Positions 10,273 through 21,300 of a stretch of DNA of 64,000 nt are shown piece after piece. Location: positions 576,001 through 640,000 of the forward strand of contig CAWBOC010000009.1 of assembly GCA_963790305.1 (NCBI GenBank), in the 5' to 3' direction. The notes beneath the pieces are model-generated. The model worked only from the letters and a program-made list of their open reading frames with translations. It did not search any database and was not told the origin of the DNA. This DNA is from an uncultured Gemmatimonadaceae bacterium. Its GTDB lineage: Bacteria > Gemmatimonadota > Gemmatimonadetes > Gemmatimonadales > Gemmatimonadaceae. Positions within the stretch are counted from its first letter, which is position 1; every line of letters begins with the position of its first letter. The translations under genes and the position numbers were made by a program.

Positions 10273-11772
10273 TTAGGCCTCCGTGGTGGAGCAGGCGGAG
10301 CGCTCGAAGTTCGGGTTGTTGTCTTCCGCCTGAGGAATCGGCGAGTTGACGTCGGTCCCGTACGTGCCCGGCTTGTGGTACGTGCCGGTCGGGAAGACCG
10401 TCTCCGCGCCGCGCCCGTACTCGCGCACGAGGCGACGCAGGTCACCGAGCCGGTGGCTCGTTAGGTAGAGCCAGTACGCCCGTTCCTTGAAGAGCTGATC
10501 CACCTGCGCGGCCGTCGTCGCCGCGGGCAGAAGCGCCGGCAGGACGCGGGGCTGTTGGTTGGCGTCCACATATCCGCGCAGGCGTGCCAACCCCGTGTTG
10601 GACCGGAGGGCGTTCATGATCGTCAACGCCGTCGTATAATCGCCACCGCGAAGCGCCACCTCGGCCTGAATCAAACGTGCCTCCACGCCATCGGCGATGA
10701 TGGCGAGCGTATCACGCTTTCCGTGCTTGGACTGAATCCACTGCGCCGTGGCCCCGTCGAAACCTACCCCTGCCCCCGTCCGGCGGAGGCTGGCGACGCG
10801 AGGATCGTTGCTGGCATTGACCGCATCGCCTTCCGAGCGGAATGGCAACCCATTCGTGCCCTCGCGTTCTGGCACGCCGAAACGTCCCACGCTCGCCGTC
10901 GTCGCCCACGTGCCGTTGTTCTGGCGCGTGGTGACTTCGGAGTGCTTGAAGAAATACTGGAACGTCGTCGGAACGTCGGTTTCGCTCAGGTTCGCTCCCG
11001 CAGCCGGGATGCTGTCGAGGTTCAACAGCGCACGGGCACGAACGACGCGAGCGAGCTGCTGCTGCGCTGTCTTGGCCGCCGCGGTGCCAGCAGTGGTTGT
11101 CGCGCTTGCGTGCGCCAGCGCGGTGTCAGCCTTGGCCAGAGCGCGCAGGAAGAGCTCTCTGGTCTCCAGTGCCGATCCGTACTCGAACACGCCCGGCGAG
11201 AGCTCACGGCTGATGGGAACCGCACCGCAGTAGTTCTCCGCCATCAGGATCAGCGAGAGGGCGCCGAGGTTGAGCGCCTCCGCCCGACCGAGCGCCGTTG
11301 GTCCGAACTCCACGTACGCCTCACTTGCACGGTCGGCCGATGCACGGGCTTGCTGGATAGCGTAGTACGCATTGCGCAGCGATCCGTTGCTCTGGTACTG
11401 CTGCTGACGTTGGTCGACCTCGATGCGCGTGGGAAAGGTCTCGGTGTTGAGCAGCTCGTCCGAGATGAGTCCCGAGAGGGTGACCTGGTTCAGGTCGAGC
11501 GCGAGCCCGCTCGATTGCACGCCGCCGTTGTACGCGGTGCCAAAATCGCCGATGGCCCCGGCGAGCAGCGAGGGTAACGCCTCCGCGCCCTGTACGGACG
11601 GCGGGAGTGCGACGTCGATGTCCTCCACCTGCAGAATCCGGTCAGGGCTGCACGCCACCGCCACCAGGGCGATGAGCGCAGCCCGCATGTGCGCCGCACG
11701 GGACGTGCGCGCGAATCGTCTATGCGTCATATGAGATTGTCTCTCCGTGGGTTCAGGTCGCTGGCTGGTCAT
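10273..11772 (-). CDS. SusD/RagB-family lipoprotein
   Basis: Lipobox AVAC. EARLIQAEVALR, ERAYWLYLTSHRLGDLRR and PIPQAE.NNPN motifs. Start overlaps the susC stop (TGATG); alternative start at 11730. Confidence 0.85.
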   Translation of the reverse strand: MTSQRPEPTERQSHMTHRRFARTSRAAHMRAALIALVAVACSPDRILQVEDIDVALPPSVQGAEALPSLLAGAIGDFGTAYNGGVQSSGLALDLNQVTLSGLISDELLNTETFPTRIEVDQRQQQYQSNGSLRNAYYAIQQARASADRASEAYVEFGPTALGRAEALNLGALSLILMAENYCGAVPISRELSPGVFEYGSALETRELFLRALAKADTALAHASATTTAGTAAAKTAQQQLARVVRARALLNLDSIPAAGANLSETDVPTTFQYFFKHSEVTTRQNNGTWATTASVGRFGVPEREGTNGLPFRSEGDAVNASNDPRVASLRRTGAGVGFDGATAQWIQSKHGKRDTLAIIADGVEARLIQAEVALRGGDYTTALTIMNALRSNTGLARLRGYVDANQQPRVLPALLPAATTAAQVDQLFKERAYWLYLTSHRLGDLRRLVREYGRGAETVFPTGTYHKPGTYGTDVNSPIPQAEDNNPNFERSACSTTEA

Positions 11773-14700
11773 CAGAACTGCACCGTCAGTCGGGTCGAGA
11801 ACGTCCGGAGCGGTGGAATCGTGAAGAAGTCCGAGTTGCTGAACAGATTCAGCGGCTGCGAGTTCACCTCGGGATCGAAGCCCGTGTAATCCGTCCAGGT
11901 GGCCAGATTGCGTCCGGCGATCGTCAGGCGAACGCCTTCGGCGCGGAAACGCGATGCGAGACTGCGCGGCGCGGTGAGTGTGACCGACACTTCACGCAGC
12001 TTGGTGAAGGTGGCGTCCTCGACGAAGCCGGCATCGGTCTGGAAGTACTGCTGGCCGAGGTGGCGCGCCTGGTCCGACAGGGGGGCCGTGCGATCGTAGG
12101 CCGCCTGGCAGTTTCCGAAGTTGCAACGGAAGCGTGCGGTGTTGTTGAACTGCTTGAAGCCGCCCTTGTGATCGAACAGGGCCGAGACCTCGAGCCAGTC
12201 GCTGAATCCGATTCGCGGCGAGATCGAGAACTCGCGAGTCGGAAGCGGGTTGCCGAGATACTCGAGACCCGCGGTGCGCGTAAACTCGCACGCGGGGCCT
12301 CCCGCAACCGTCGGTTGGCCGGGGCAGTTGACGCGGGTGATGACGCCGTCGTTGTTCAGATCCTGGAACGTGTAGCCCTCATCCCAGTAACTGCCGAGCG
12401 CGTAACCCGACACGTGGCGCTGCGGCCCAAAGACGATGGGCGGAATCGGATCGCCACTCGGGAGATTCCCGAGCGTGACGAGGCGGTTCTTGTTCGTCGA
12501 CCCGATCGCGGTGATCTCGAAGCGTGCCTTACGGAATTCGAAGACGCGAGCGTTCACGCGACCCTCGAACCCCTTGTTGGTCGACGTGCCGAGATTCGCG
12601 AACTGTACCTGCGTGAGGCCCAGTGACGGCGGCAGCGGCCGCTGCACCAGGAGGTCCTTGGTCTTTTTGTCGTAGTACGTGAACTCCAGGCCGATCCGAT
12701 CTCCGAAGAGCGCGGACTCGAAGCCGAGCTCGTACTCACGCGACAGCTCGGGGCGCAAATCGGGATTCCCCGTACCACCCACCGTGATGCCGGCGAAATC
12801 CGTCCCGCCCGTGGTGATGGTCTGCGTGTTGAAGAACGTGATCGCATCCCGGAAGTTCGGGCGCTGACCCGACTGCCCGTAGGCCGCCCGGAGCCGCAGC
12901 GAGCTCAGCGCCGAGGTTTCCGGGAAAAACGGCTCTTCACTGATGACGTATGAGAGACTGAAGGCCGGGTAGGCGATCCAGCCGAAGTTCTCCCCGAACG
13001 CGCTATTGTTGTCGGTGCGCACGGCCGCCGTTGCGAAAAGACGGTCGCGCCAGCCCACCTGCTGCTGCAGCAGGGCGCCTAACGTCTTGTTGTCGGTGTT
13101 GGCTTCACCCACACTGAAGCGCGCCGCGGTTCCCTGGAGCGAGCCCGTCCCGGCCAGCAGCTTGGCGCCGCCCGCGCGGTTGCCCTGAATGGTCTCCTGC
13201 GTGAACTGCACGCCGAGCGTCGTCGTCGAACGGACATCCTCGGTGAGGACGAAATTCGCCGTGGCGCTGCCATTGGCCGTGTAGTTCCACACATCGGTGA
13301 TGTTCGCGTTGCGCGCGCCCTCGGGAAGGGCGCCGAAGAAGACGCGGTTCGGCGGGACCGTCTGCTTGTTACGGCGATTGAAATAGTCCACGCCGGTGGT
13401 GCCGACGACGGTCAGCCAGCTGATCGCCTGCCAGTTGGCGGCGACCGATCCCAAAAAGCGCTCCACATCTTCTCGCACATCGAGCGCGAACACCTCGGCC
13501 GGCGTCTGGCCGGACAGCCATCCGCGGTTGGTCGGGTTGTCGAACGCCGACCCGAGGAGCGCACCACCGAGGACGCCGAGAACGTTGTTGTCGTTCTGCG
13601 GGAACTCGAGGCGGCTCGAGACGTAATTCGTTGCCACCTGAATCCCCAGGTCGCTCCCGACCTGACCGTTCAGGTTGGCGCGCAGCCCAACGCGCTTGAA
13701 CTTGTTCGGCTCGAGGACGCCCCAGTCGCGATCGAGGTCGCCCGACACGAAGTAGTTCGCTGCCTCACCACCTCCGGCAATGCTGAGCCCTACGCTCGTC
13801 CGCTTTCCGGTTACGAACGGGTCTGCTTGTTCGAGGGGGTTCCATCTCGCCAGCGAGTCGGGGACCGCCGTGCAGAGGTTGCGGACCTGGGCATCGATTG
13901 AGCACCCTGTGGTGCGAGTACCGTCCGAAACGAGCCGTCCGACCTGCGAGAAGTTGGCGGGGTAGGTCGTCTCGTCCTTCTGAGTGCCACCTTCGACATA
14001 CGTCGTCCACCGCGAGCCACCCGGACGGCCGCGCTTCGTGCGCACCTGGATGACACCGCTTGCCGCCGCCGTTCCGTAGAGCGCGGCCGCGGCCGGTCCC
14101 TTGAGGATCTCGATCGACTCGATGTCGTCCGGGTTGATGTCGTTGAAGCGCGACGAACCCTGCCCACCGACGCCAATGCCGCCGCCGAGATTGTTCGACT
14201 GCGTGATCTCGTTGCTCACGCGAATGCCGTCGACGATGAGCAGCGGCTCGTTGGTGAGGGACAGCGAGTTCGCGCCACGGATGCGGATGCGGCTCGCGCT
14301 ACCAGTCGTGCCGCCCGGGCTGTTGATGTAGACGCCCGGCGCCTGGGCCTCGAGCAGCTGCGCGACCGTCGTCGACGTCGCCAGCCGTTCGGGCGTTGGG
14401 AGCACCGTGTTTACCGTGTTTCCACTCTCGCGCCGCCGCTGCGACTCTCCGGTTGCCGTGACGATGACCTCATCGATAATGACGGCTGCCGGCGCGAGCT
14501 GGACGTCGAGACGGGCCGTCTGCCCGACCGCGATGCTCACCGGGCGCGAGACCGCGCCGTATCCCAGCCGCGTCACACGAACGGTGTACTCGCCGGAGCG
14601 GAGACTGCCGACGCGGTACTGGCCATCTTCCCCCGACCGCGCACCGCGATTCGTACCGACGACCGTGATGAGCGCATCCGGAACCGGCGTGCCCCCGGCC

Positions 14701-14804
14701 TCGGTGACGCGTCCTTCGAGAATTCCTGTGTCCTGTGCCAGCCCCGTGCGCGTGAGCGCGAGCAGAGCCAGCGCGACCATCCCAAGCCTACTGAACACTC
14801 GCAT
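11772..14804 (-). CDS. SusC/RagA-family TonB-dependent receptor
   Basis: Start probably ATG 14804 (GAGGAGGGAG RBS). DIESIEILKGPAAAALYGTAAASGVI plug motif, YTGFDPEV and terminal Phe. Confidence 0.93.
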   Translation of the reverse strand: MRVFSRLGMVALALLALTRTGLAQDTGILEGRVTEAGGTPVPDALITVVGTNRGARSGEDGQYRVGSLRSGEYTVRVTRLGYGAVSRPVSIAVGQTARLDVQLAPAAVIIDEVIVTATGESQRRRESGNTVNTVLPTPERLATSTTVAQLLEAQAPGVYINSPGGTTGSASRIRIRGANSLSLTNEPLLIVDGIRVSNEITQSNNLGGGIGVGGQGSSRFNDINPDDIESIEILKGPAAAALYGTAAASGVIQVRTKRGRPGGSRWTTYVEGGTQKDETTYPANFSQVGRLVSDGTRTTGCSIDAQVRNLCTAVPDSLARWNPLEQADPFVTGKRTSVGLSIAGGGEAANYFVSGDLDRDWGVLEPNKFKRVGLRANLNGQVGSDLGIQVATNYVSSRLEFPQNDNNVLGVLGGALLGSAFDNPTNRGWLSGQTPAEVFALDVREDVERFLGSVAANWQAISWLTVVGTTGVDYFNRRNKQTVPPNRVFFGALPEGARNANITDVWNYTANGSATANFVLTEDVRSTTTLGVQFTQETIQGNRAGGAKLLAGTGSLQGTAARFSVGEANTDNKTLGALLQQQVGWRDRLFATAAVRTDNNSAFGENFGWIAYPAFSLSYVISEEPFFPETSALSSLRLRAAYGQSGQRPNFRDAITFFNTQTITTGGTDFAGITVGGTGNPDLRPELSREYELGFESALFGDRIGLEFTYYDKKTKDLLVQRPLPPSLGLTQVQFANLGTSTNKGFEGRVNARVFEFRKARFEITAIGSTNKNRLVTLGNLPSGDPIPPIVFGPQRHVSGYALGSYWDEGYTFQDLNNDGVITRVNCPGQPTVAGGPACEFTRTAGLEYLGNPLPTREFSISPRIGFSDWLEVSALFDHKGGFKQFNNTARFRCNFGNCQAAYDRTAPLSDQARHLGQQYFQTDAGFVEDATFTKLREVSVTLTAPRSLASRFRAEGVRLTIAGRNLATWTDYTGFDPEVNSQPLNLFSNSDFFTIPPLRTFSTRLTVQF

Positions 14805-15219
14805 ACTCCCTCCTCGTCCGTTAACCAACCGTGGAACATCGATGCAGCGCATCCGGTGTGTTCCTCCTCTGGCAGGGGATGACGTCAGCGGCAATTGACA
14901 GCGTCAGCGAGCTGCTGCGGCTCCGTACGCGTGAGCCAGGGCGCGGTTCGTCGCCCAGCGCGCGCGCAGCCCGTCGCGTGCACAGACCGCACACCTCTCA
15001 GGAGCCGCGATCCGGTCTGCAGCCGGTTCGAGGCAGGTCCGAAACGCGTTAGCGCCTATCACGTTAAGCTGACAGCCGTACGCGACCCATGCAAGCTCCT
15101 GGCGCGTTGCTTACAGTTGCGCGCGGTGACCGTCGTTACGGCCGCGGTGGCCGCGCCCCAACGGGCGGCGACCGTCAGCGCTGAATCCTCATCGGCACTC
15201 GTTAGGGGATCGAACAAAC

Positions 15220-15253
15220 GCACTGCGCCGCCGAAGGTCCGGCGGCGCAGTGC
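15220..15253 (-). terminator. Hairpin ending the susC-susD-lipoprotein operon
   Basis: GCACTGCGCCGCCG-AAGGTC-CGGCGGCGCAGTGC. Confidence 0.6.
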
Positions 15254-15274
15254 TGGGCGCGAGCGGACGCCGCG

Positions 15275-16087
15275 TCAACTTCCTCCAGGGACGCGGTCCA
15301 CGAAGTAGACCACACCAGCACGGTTGAACGTCACAGTGTCCTGCGGAGCGCTGGTTCCGGCCACCGACGCCGGAAAGCAGTACGCGCTCAGCACGGTACC
15401 AGCCGAGTTCACGCCAGCTGCCGGGCGGGCCCCCGCCGGCGTCGCCGGCGCCACCGGTCCAGCGGCCTGTGCCACTCGCGTGGGAGCGACGGTCGTCGTA
15501 AAGCGGCCGAGCAGCGAGCCGGCAGTGCGCGACTGATAGGCCGAGGCCGACCCCGGGGCGATGTTTGCCCCGAGAGACGCCAGGGCCGTGGAGTCGGCTC
15601 CGGCGAGGAAATCCACGTTAGGCGTTCCGGCGGGACCGCACGAGGCATTGACCGCGCGGATGGAGATGCTGCCGGCCGCCGGCGCCGCCGCGTCGTCGGT
15701 GACGACGATGAACCGGTCGGTGTTGTTCTTGGCGCTTCCCGCCAGCAGCAGGGTGTAGTTCTGATTCGCTGCAAAGGTGATGGTGGTGTCGAGCATGAAG
15801 TTCGACGTGACCACCGGGTTCCGGCTCGTCGGGAAGACGCGAATGTGCCGCGCCCGGGCTTCCGTCGGCTGATGCTCAGTCCCGGAGCGGAAGGCGAGCG
15901 ACAGCGCCAGCGCCGACCAGGGCACCTGGTCGATCATTCGAATGTCCACCGCGCCGGTGTCGGCCATCGCATTGATGAACCGAACGCCAGCGAGCGGCGG
16001 GGGGGTCGTATTGGTGATCTCGTCATCGTTGCAGGCGCCCACGGCGGCAACGGCGATGCCAACGACGAGAATACGAAAAAATCGCAT
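15275..16087 (-). CDS. DUF4397-like lipoprotein
   Basis: AGGAG RBS before ATG 16087 and lipobox VGAC. Two repeats of the VRFINA/IRAVNA...VD motif. Confidence 0.7.
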   Translation of the reverse strand: MRFFRILVVGIAVAAVGACNDDEITNTTPPPLAGVRFINAMADTGAVDIRMIDQVPWSALALSLAFRSGTEHQPTEARARHIRVFPTSRNPVVTSNFMLDTTITFAANQNYTLLLAGSAKNNTDRFIVVTDDAAAPAAGSISIRAVNASCGPAGTPNVDFLAGADSTALASLGANIAPGSASAYQSRTAGSLLGRFTTTVAPTRVAQAAGPVAPATPAGARPAAGVNSAGTVLSAYCFPASVAGTSAPQDTVTFNRAGVVYFVDRVPGGS

Positions 16088-16143
16088 GGGACTGGCTCCT
16101 GAAGAGTTCATGAGGCCGTTGAATGTTGGATGTCTGCCCGGGC

Positions 16144-16605
16144 CTACTGCTCAGGCCCGGGGCCCCCATTGCCCGGGTCGCGCCCTCCGCCGCCGAGACC
16201 AAACAGGTCGCGTGACAGAATGAACGCGATGACGCTGCTCGAGATCGCACCGGCCACGACCGCCGTGCGTCCCTTGGAGATCAGACGCGCGTGCACATCG
16301 CGCACATGGTCCTCTCTCACCGACAGAGGTTCGCCCGTCCAGCGCTGCCGCTGTCCACTGAGATACTCGACGGCGCGCACGCGGATCACGAACGCGGAAT
16401 CCCGGCGCGCCACGAGCACCCCTTCGATCTCCGACGCCGCCTCCCCAATGCTGTCGGCGAGCGCCACCCGGCCGCGATCGTTGAGCGCGAGCAGGATGTT
16501 GGTCCCCGGCTCGGGCGAGGCCGCGAGAGGCCGGTTCACGTAGCAACCGGACCCCGTTAGGCACGCGAGGACGAGCACCGCGAATCGCGCCCGCGACCCG
16601 ACCAC
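16144..16605 (-). CDS. Hypothetical lipoprotein with a C-terminal hydrophobic segment
   Basis: GTG start overlaps the susD stop (TAGTG). Lipobox GSGC-Y and C-terminal TM-like stretch. Confidence 0.65.
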   Translation of the reverse strand: MVGSRARFAVLVLACLTGSGCYVNRPLAASPEPGTNILLALNDRGRVALADSIGEAASEIEGVLVARRDSAFVIRVRAVEYLSGQRQRWTGEPLSVREDHVRDVHARLISKGRTAVVAGAISSSVIAFILSRDLFGLGGGGRDPGNGGPGPEQ

Positions 16606-18266
16606 TACCAGCCGTACCCGCTGCGCGCCGCCACCCGCTCGTTGCGATAGGACGGGCGTCCGCGCGCGAACAATTCCTGATATGGCACCGGCCACTCGAG
16701 CGGCGTCCCCATCACGAGATCACCCCATCCCCGTGAATCGAGGTACCACTGGCCGTAGCCCGTGAATGCGGTTTCCATCCGTTTTTCCCACTTCATCGCT
16801 TCCCAGAGCGTGCCGCACACCGTCGAGGTGAAGTTGGGCCCGACCGGGACGCGCGGCACGCACGCGTTGCCCCCGGGGACCGGGTCGACTCCATTCGAGA
16901 CGCCGGCGACCGACGCCAGCCCATTCTGCAACCGGTACTTGTCGATGAGCGCCGCCGCGGCCGCGAAGCTGCCGGCGCGGAGATGGGCTTCCGCCGCGAG
17001 CATGTCGATCTCGGCAACCGTCATGATCGGGAACGGCCCGCCACTCGCGTCACGGTTGCGAACCCGCCAGAACCGTACGAAGTCGTAGTGCGACGTTCCC
17101 CACGCTTCCGCGGGCGTGTCCTGGCCGGCAGGCCGGTTGCGAATGTAGAGAACGGTATCCGGCGCAATGACCGGGCTGGTCGTCGGCACCCTCGCCTGCT
17201 GTGCCGCGCGCGTCTCGCCCGCGGGGAAACGCCGGTCCGGCGTCCTGATCAGGAAAGGCGCACGGTTGTCGAGCGCCGTCGCGAGCCAGGTGTCGTAGGC
17301 GCGCGTCGTGTCCGCCATGCCGAATATGAAGGGCGTGATCTGATGCCATCCGGACGACACGGCGGCCTGCACGATCCACCCGTTCGTCCATCCCGCCGAC
17401 ACGCTGAGGTTCACATTCAGATCCGACGTGATTCCGTTGGTCGCGTCGGCGAGGATCGCGGTCCAATCCGCGGCCTGCCGATCTGTCGGGGTGCGTCCAA
17501 CACCCGCGCGAAAGCGCGCCTTGTACGACCGGAGGACGCGTCGATATTGATCCTTCGACATGTCGGCCGACTGGGCCAGCCAGGCCGCGGGAATGAACGC
17601 GGCCGTCGCGGTATCCTGCGCCAGGAAGACGAGCGCCGAATCCAGCATGGCGAGCGCATCGGTCATCGCCTCGGCGGCGCCTGAGAATTCGCCCACCTCG
17701 GTACCGCTGAGCACACCGGGCCAGACGACGGAGACGGAGTCGTAGAACAGCGCCAGGAAGCCGTGCGCGTACCCCAGCGTGAAGTACGCGAACGATTTCG
17801 CGCGAAGGTCGCGCCGCTGTCCGAGCGATCTCCCTTCGTCCGCGAACACTTGCATGGCGTCGATGGAGTTGGCCGCCATCCGGGCGTTACGAGTCAGGTG
17901 ATCGAAGTCGCGGAAATTCCCGACTTCTTCCCGGTTGCCGATCGTATTGTCGATGAGCCCGCGCGGGATGTCGCCGCGCGTGCCCATGCCGAAGTTCCCC
18001 AGCTGGGAGGAGCTCTCGAACGACATGGTCATCGACTGCGTCCAGAGATTGTCGCCACCGCCGTTCGGCAGCGGCAAATACTGCCCCTGGTGCATCTGCT
18101 GGAAGAGCTTGGAGACGATGGTCTCCACGCCGACGGGGGTCGCGAACGCGCGCTCGACGTCGGGGTTGTTCAGGTTCGTGATGTTCACCGCATCGTCGCA
18201 GCCCGTCACCGTCAGTGCCGTCGCGACGCCGATGGCCATCACCACCGTGCGATATCGTCCAGACAT
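16605..18266 (-). CDS. SusD/RagB-family lipoprotein
   Basis: Lipobox VTGC, NITNLNNPD, AEIDMLAAEA, WEKRME and WPVPYQE. Follows a SusC gene. Confidence 0.85.
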   Translation of the reverse strand: MSGRYRTVVMAIGVATALTVTGCDDAVNITNLNNPDVERAFATPVGVETIVSKLFQQMHQGQYLPLPNGGGDNLWTQSMTMSFESSSQLGNFGMGTRGDIPRGLIDNTIGNREEVGNFRDFDHLTRNARMAANSIDAMQVFADEGRSLGQRRDLRAKSFAYFTLGYAHGFLALFYDSVSVVWPGVLSGTEVGEFSGAAEAMTDALAMLDSALVFLAQDTATAAFIPAAWLAQSADMSKDQYRRVLRSYKARFRAGVGRTPTDRQAADWTAILADATNGITSDLNVNLSVSAGWTNGWIVQAAVSSGWHQITPFIFGMADTTRAYDTWLATALDNRAPFLIRTPDRRFPAGETRAAQQARVPTTSPVIAPDTVLYIRNRPAGQDTPAEAWGTSHYDFVRFWRVRNRDASGGPFPIMTVAEIDMLAAEAHLRAGSFAAAAALIDKYRLQNGLASVAGVSNGVDPVPGGNACVPRVPVGPNFTSTVCGTLWEAMKWEKRMETAFTGYGQWYLDSRGWGDLVMGTPLEWPVPYQELFARGRPSYRNERVAARSGYGW

Positions 18267-18349
18267 TCAGGACCTCTCTGCAATCGTAGGAAGATCGGGG
18301 CACGCGAACCGCCGTAAGGCGGCCCGCGTTCCCGTCACGTGAAGTCGGA

Positions 18350-21300
18350 TCAGAACGACGTCGAGATGCGGAACGTGTACGTGCGGAGGTTCGGGAACCG
18401 ATATCCCGCCACGGCGGACAACGCCGCCGAATTGAGCGGACCGGTCCGCCCCTGCGCATCGCCGACACCGACCTCGGGATCGAATCCGCGGAAGTCGGTC
18501 CATGTTTTCAGATTGCGCCCAATGACGCCGATCGTGAAATCCCCCACGCCGCCGACATCACCGAGGTGATAGTTCACGGTGACCTCGCGCAGCTTCATGT
18601 AGCTCCCGTCTTCCACCGAGAAGCTGTTGGGGTTCAGCGCGTCATAGAATCCGCCCACGCCTGACGAGCCGCCCACCGGGGCGGTGCCACGGCGCCACCA
18701 ATACCCGATCGGCTTCGCCGTTTCCACTGACTGCCCGGCCTGATTCTGATCCGCCGTCATGAAGTCGCCCAATGACCAGTGGTAGCCAATGTTCCAGACT
18801 TCCTGGCCGAAGGCGCCATCGAGGAGCGCATACGCCGTGAACTTCTTGTAGCTGAAGTTCTGCGAGATGCCGATGTGGTAATCGGGCATTCCGTTGCCCA
18901 GCGGAACGGTCGCGATGTTGCCCGTGGAGTCCCGCAGGACGATGGGCATTCCCCAGTTCGACGCCGCGCCCCACGGCCCTGACGTGAGCTGCGTGCGCCA
19001 GAGATTCTTGGTGATGCCCTCGCTCATCTGGTTGCCCTGACCCACCCACACGATCCACCCCTGATCGTTCGGCCGGAACGAGCTCGTCGCCGTGCCGCAG
19101 TCAGTGCGGAACGGTGCCGGCAGCTGCGAGCAGCTGCGAACGAAGTCCTGCCCGTAGAACGTCCCCAGCATCTCCCCTTCGCGGAAATTGTAGATCGAGA
19201 AGGGATTCTGGCCGATCGCCGCGGGGTGATACACACCCGTAAAGGGCGGGGCATCGAGGCGGGTGATCTGCGACCGCGTGCGATCCCAGATGAGGCGGGT
19301 CGACCAGGTGAAGTCACGGCCGTTGAGAATCGGCACCGTCAGCGCCGCTTCCCATGTCTTGTTCGTCAGCTGTCCCGCGTTCTGCCACTGAAGCTGGAAG
19401 CCGGTGGCCGTCGGCGGACGGACGGAGAGGATCTGATCGTCGATGACCGAATGCGCGTACGAGACATTGAGGACCGCGCGACCGAAGAACTCGATGTCGG
19501 CCCCAACTTCCGTCTCGGTGTTGATCTCGGGTTTCAGATCCTTGTTGCCTAACGTGGCAGGGTTGAGCGTGCCACCCGTGCCGATCGTGAACGTCTCGTA
19601 TTGCGCCGCGAACGACGGACGCTGCCCCGTCGTCCCGCGCGAGTAGCGAAGCTTGAACAGGCTCAGCTGCTCGGCCAGCGGCCACCAGGGCTCGAGCGAT
19701 GCGATCCATGCCGCGGACACGCGTCCGAACGTCGCCCAGCGGTTGCCTTCGCCGAACAGCGAGCTGCCGTCTCGGCGAATCACGCCGCCGAGGATGTAGC
19801 GATCCTTGTAGTCGAAATCCGCGCCGCCGTAGAACGCCAGCTCGCGAATGGTCTGGTTGGCCGACGAAATCAGGAAGTTCAGCTGTGCGGCGTCGGCCGT
19901 CTCCAAGCCGGGAACAATGATGTCGGCACCCTGCAGGGAATCCTGCGAGGCCGTCGACTGGGAGTAGACGGTGCGGGCCGTGAACGTCGCGGCCAGGTCT
20001 GGCAGCAACGTTCGACGCGCCGTCGCACTGAAGCTCGTGTTGTACGCTTCGGTGTCGAAGGCACCCTCATTGATGAAGCCGGCGGAGAACGTCGGGTTCG
20101 ACGTCGTCACGCGGTAACCGCGATCGCGGAACTGGGTGAAATTCCCCGTGGAGCGGTCGTAGCTGAAGTTGCCGTCCAGCGTCACCCACTCGAGCGGGTT
20201 GTAGCGAAGCGTCATGCCGCCGAGGAAGCGCGTGCCGCGGTCCTCGCGCTTGTTGTTCTCCGCGGCATAGAGCGGATTGAAGTTCTGCTCGCCCTGATTC
20301 AGGATGTTCGGGCGGATGTACAGGCGTCCGAATTGATCGCGGTCCGTCAAGCGAACATACCAGGGCATGCGCGAGAGGTTGAACCAGAGCTGTCCCGTCG
20401 TCTGGTCCAGGTGTGCCGCGTCCTCCTTCGACTGGCTGTAGTACGTCGTCATGCTCGCCGTCAGCCGCTCGTTGAAGCTGTGGTCGAGGTTGACGCGCGC
20501 GGAATTCCGGGTATAGCCGTTGAGGAACTTGACGGCGCCTTGCTGCGTCAGGTTGGAGACGCTGGCATACACACCCGTCGTTCCGACGCGGCCGCGCAGA
20601 TCGAGGTTCGTGTTGGCAAACGCTGAGGGCGTGACGACCTGGGCCACCGGATCCGTGATGGTCGGCCACGGGTTGACCTGAAACGTCCCGGTGAGCTGGT
20701 CGTACGTCGGCGCCTGGGCGATTCCGCCGTCATTGCGGATCCGCGTCGGCGGAAGCGAGAAGTCCTCACCCTGATCGTTGATGCGCCGGGCCTCTTCCAT
20801 GAGCTCGACGTAGCGACCACATGGCGACGCCCCGACGTTCTCGTTGGAGCAGAACAGCCGACCCCGCGGATCCATGGCCAGGAAGTGCGTCTGCGCCAGC
20901 GGATACTCTCGCTCAATGTCACCGGCACCAAACTCGGAGCGCACGCCGAAGCGAAGCCCCTCCGGCGCATTCTTCCCCGTCTTGGTGGTAATGTTGATGA
21001 CGCCGGCGCCCGCCCTCGCCCCGTAGAGCGAAGCCGCGGCGGCACCCTTCACGACCTCGACGCTTTCGATGTCGTTCGGGTTGATGTCCGGCAGGTCGCC
21101 CTGCAGCACCACGCCATCGATGATGAAGAGCGGGTTCTGGCTGCGACCGGTGCCGTTGATCGAGACCGGACCGCGCAGCACGACCGCCGGTGCTTCACCC
21201 GGGCGACCCGACGCGGACACGATCGACGCGCCGGGAATCTTTCCCTGAAGCTGCGTCAGCGGATTCGACGCGGTGACCGGCATTTGCAATGTGTCGACGC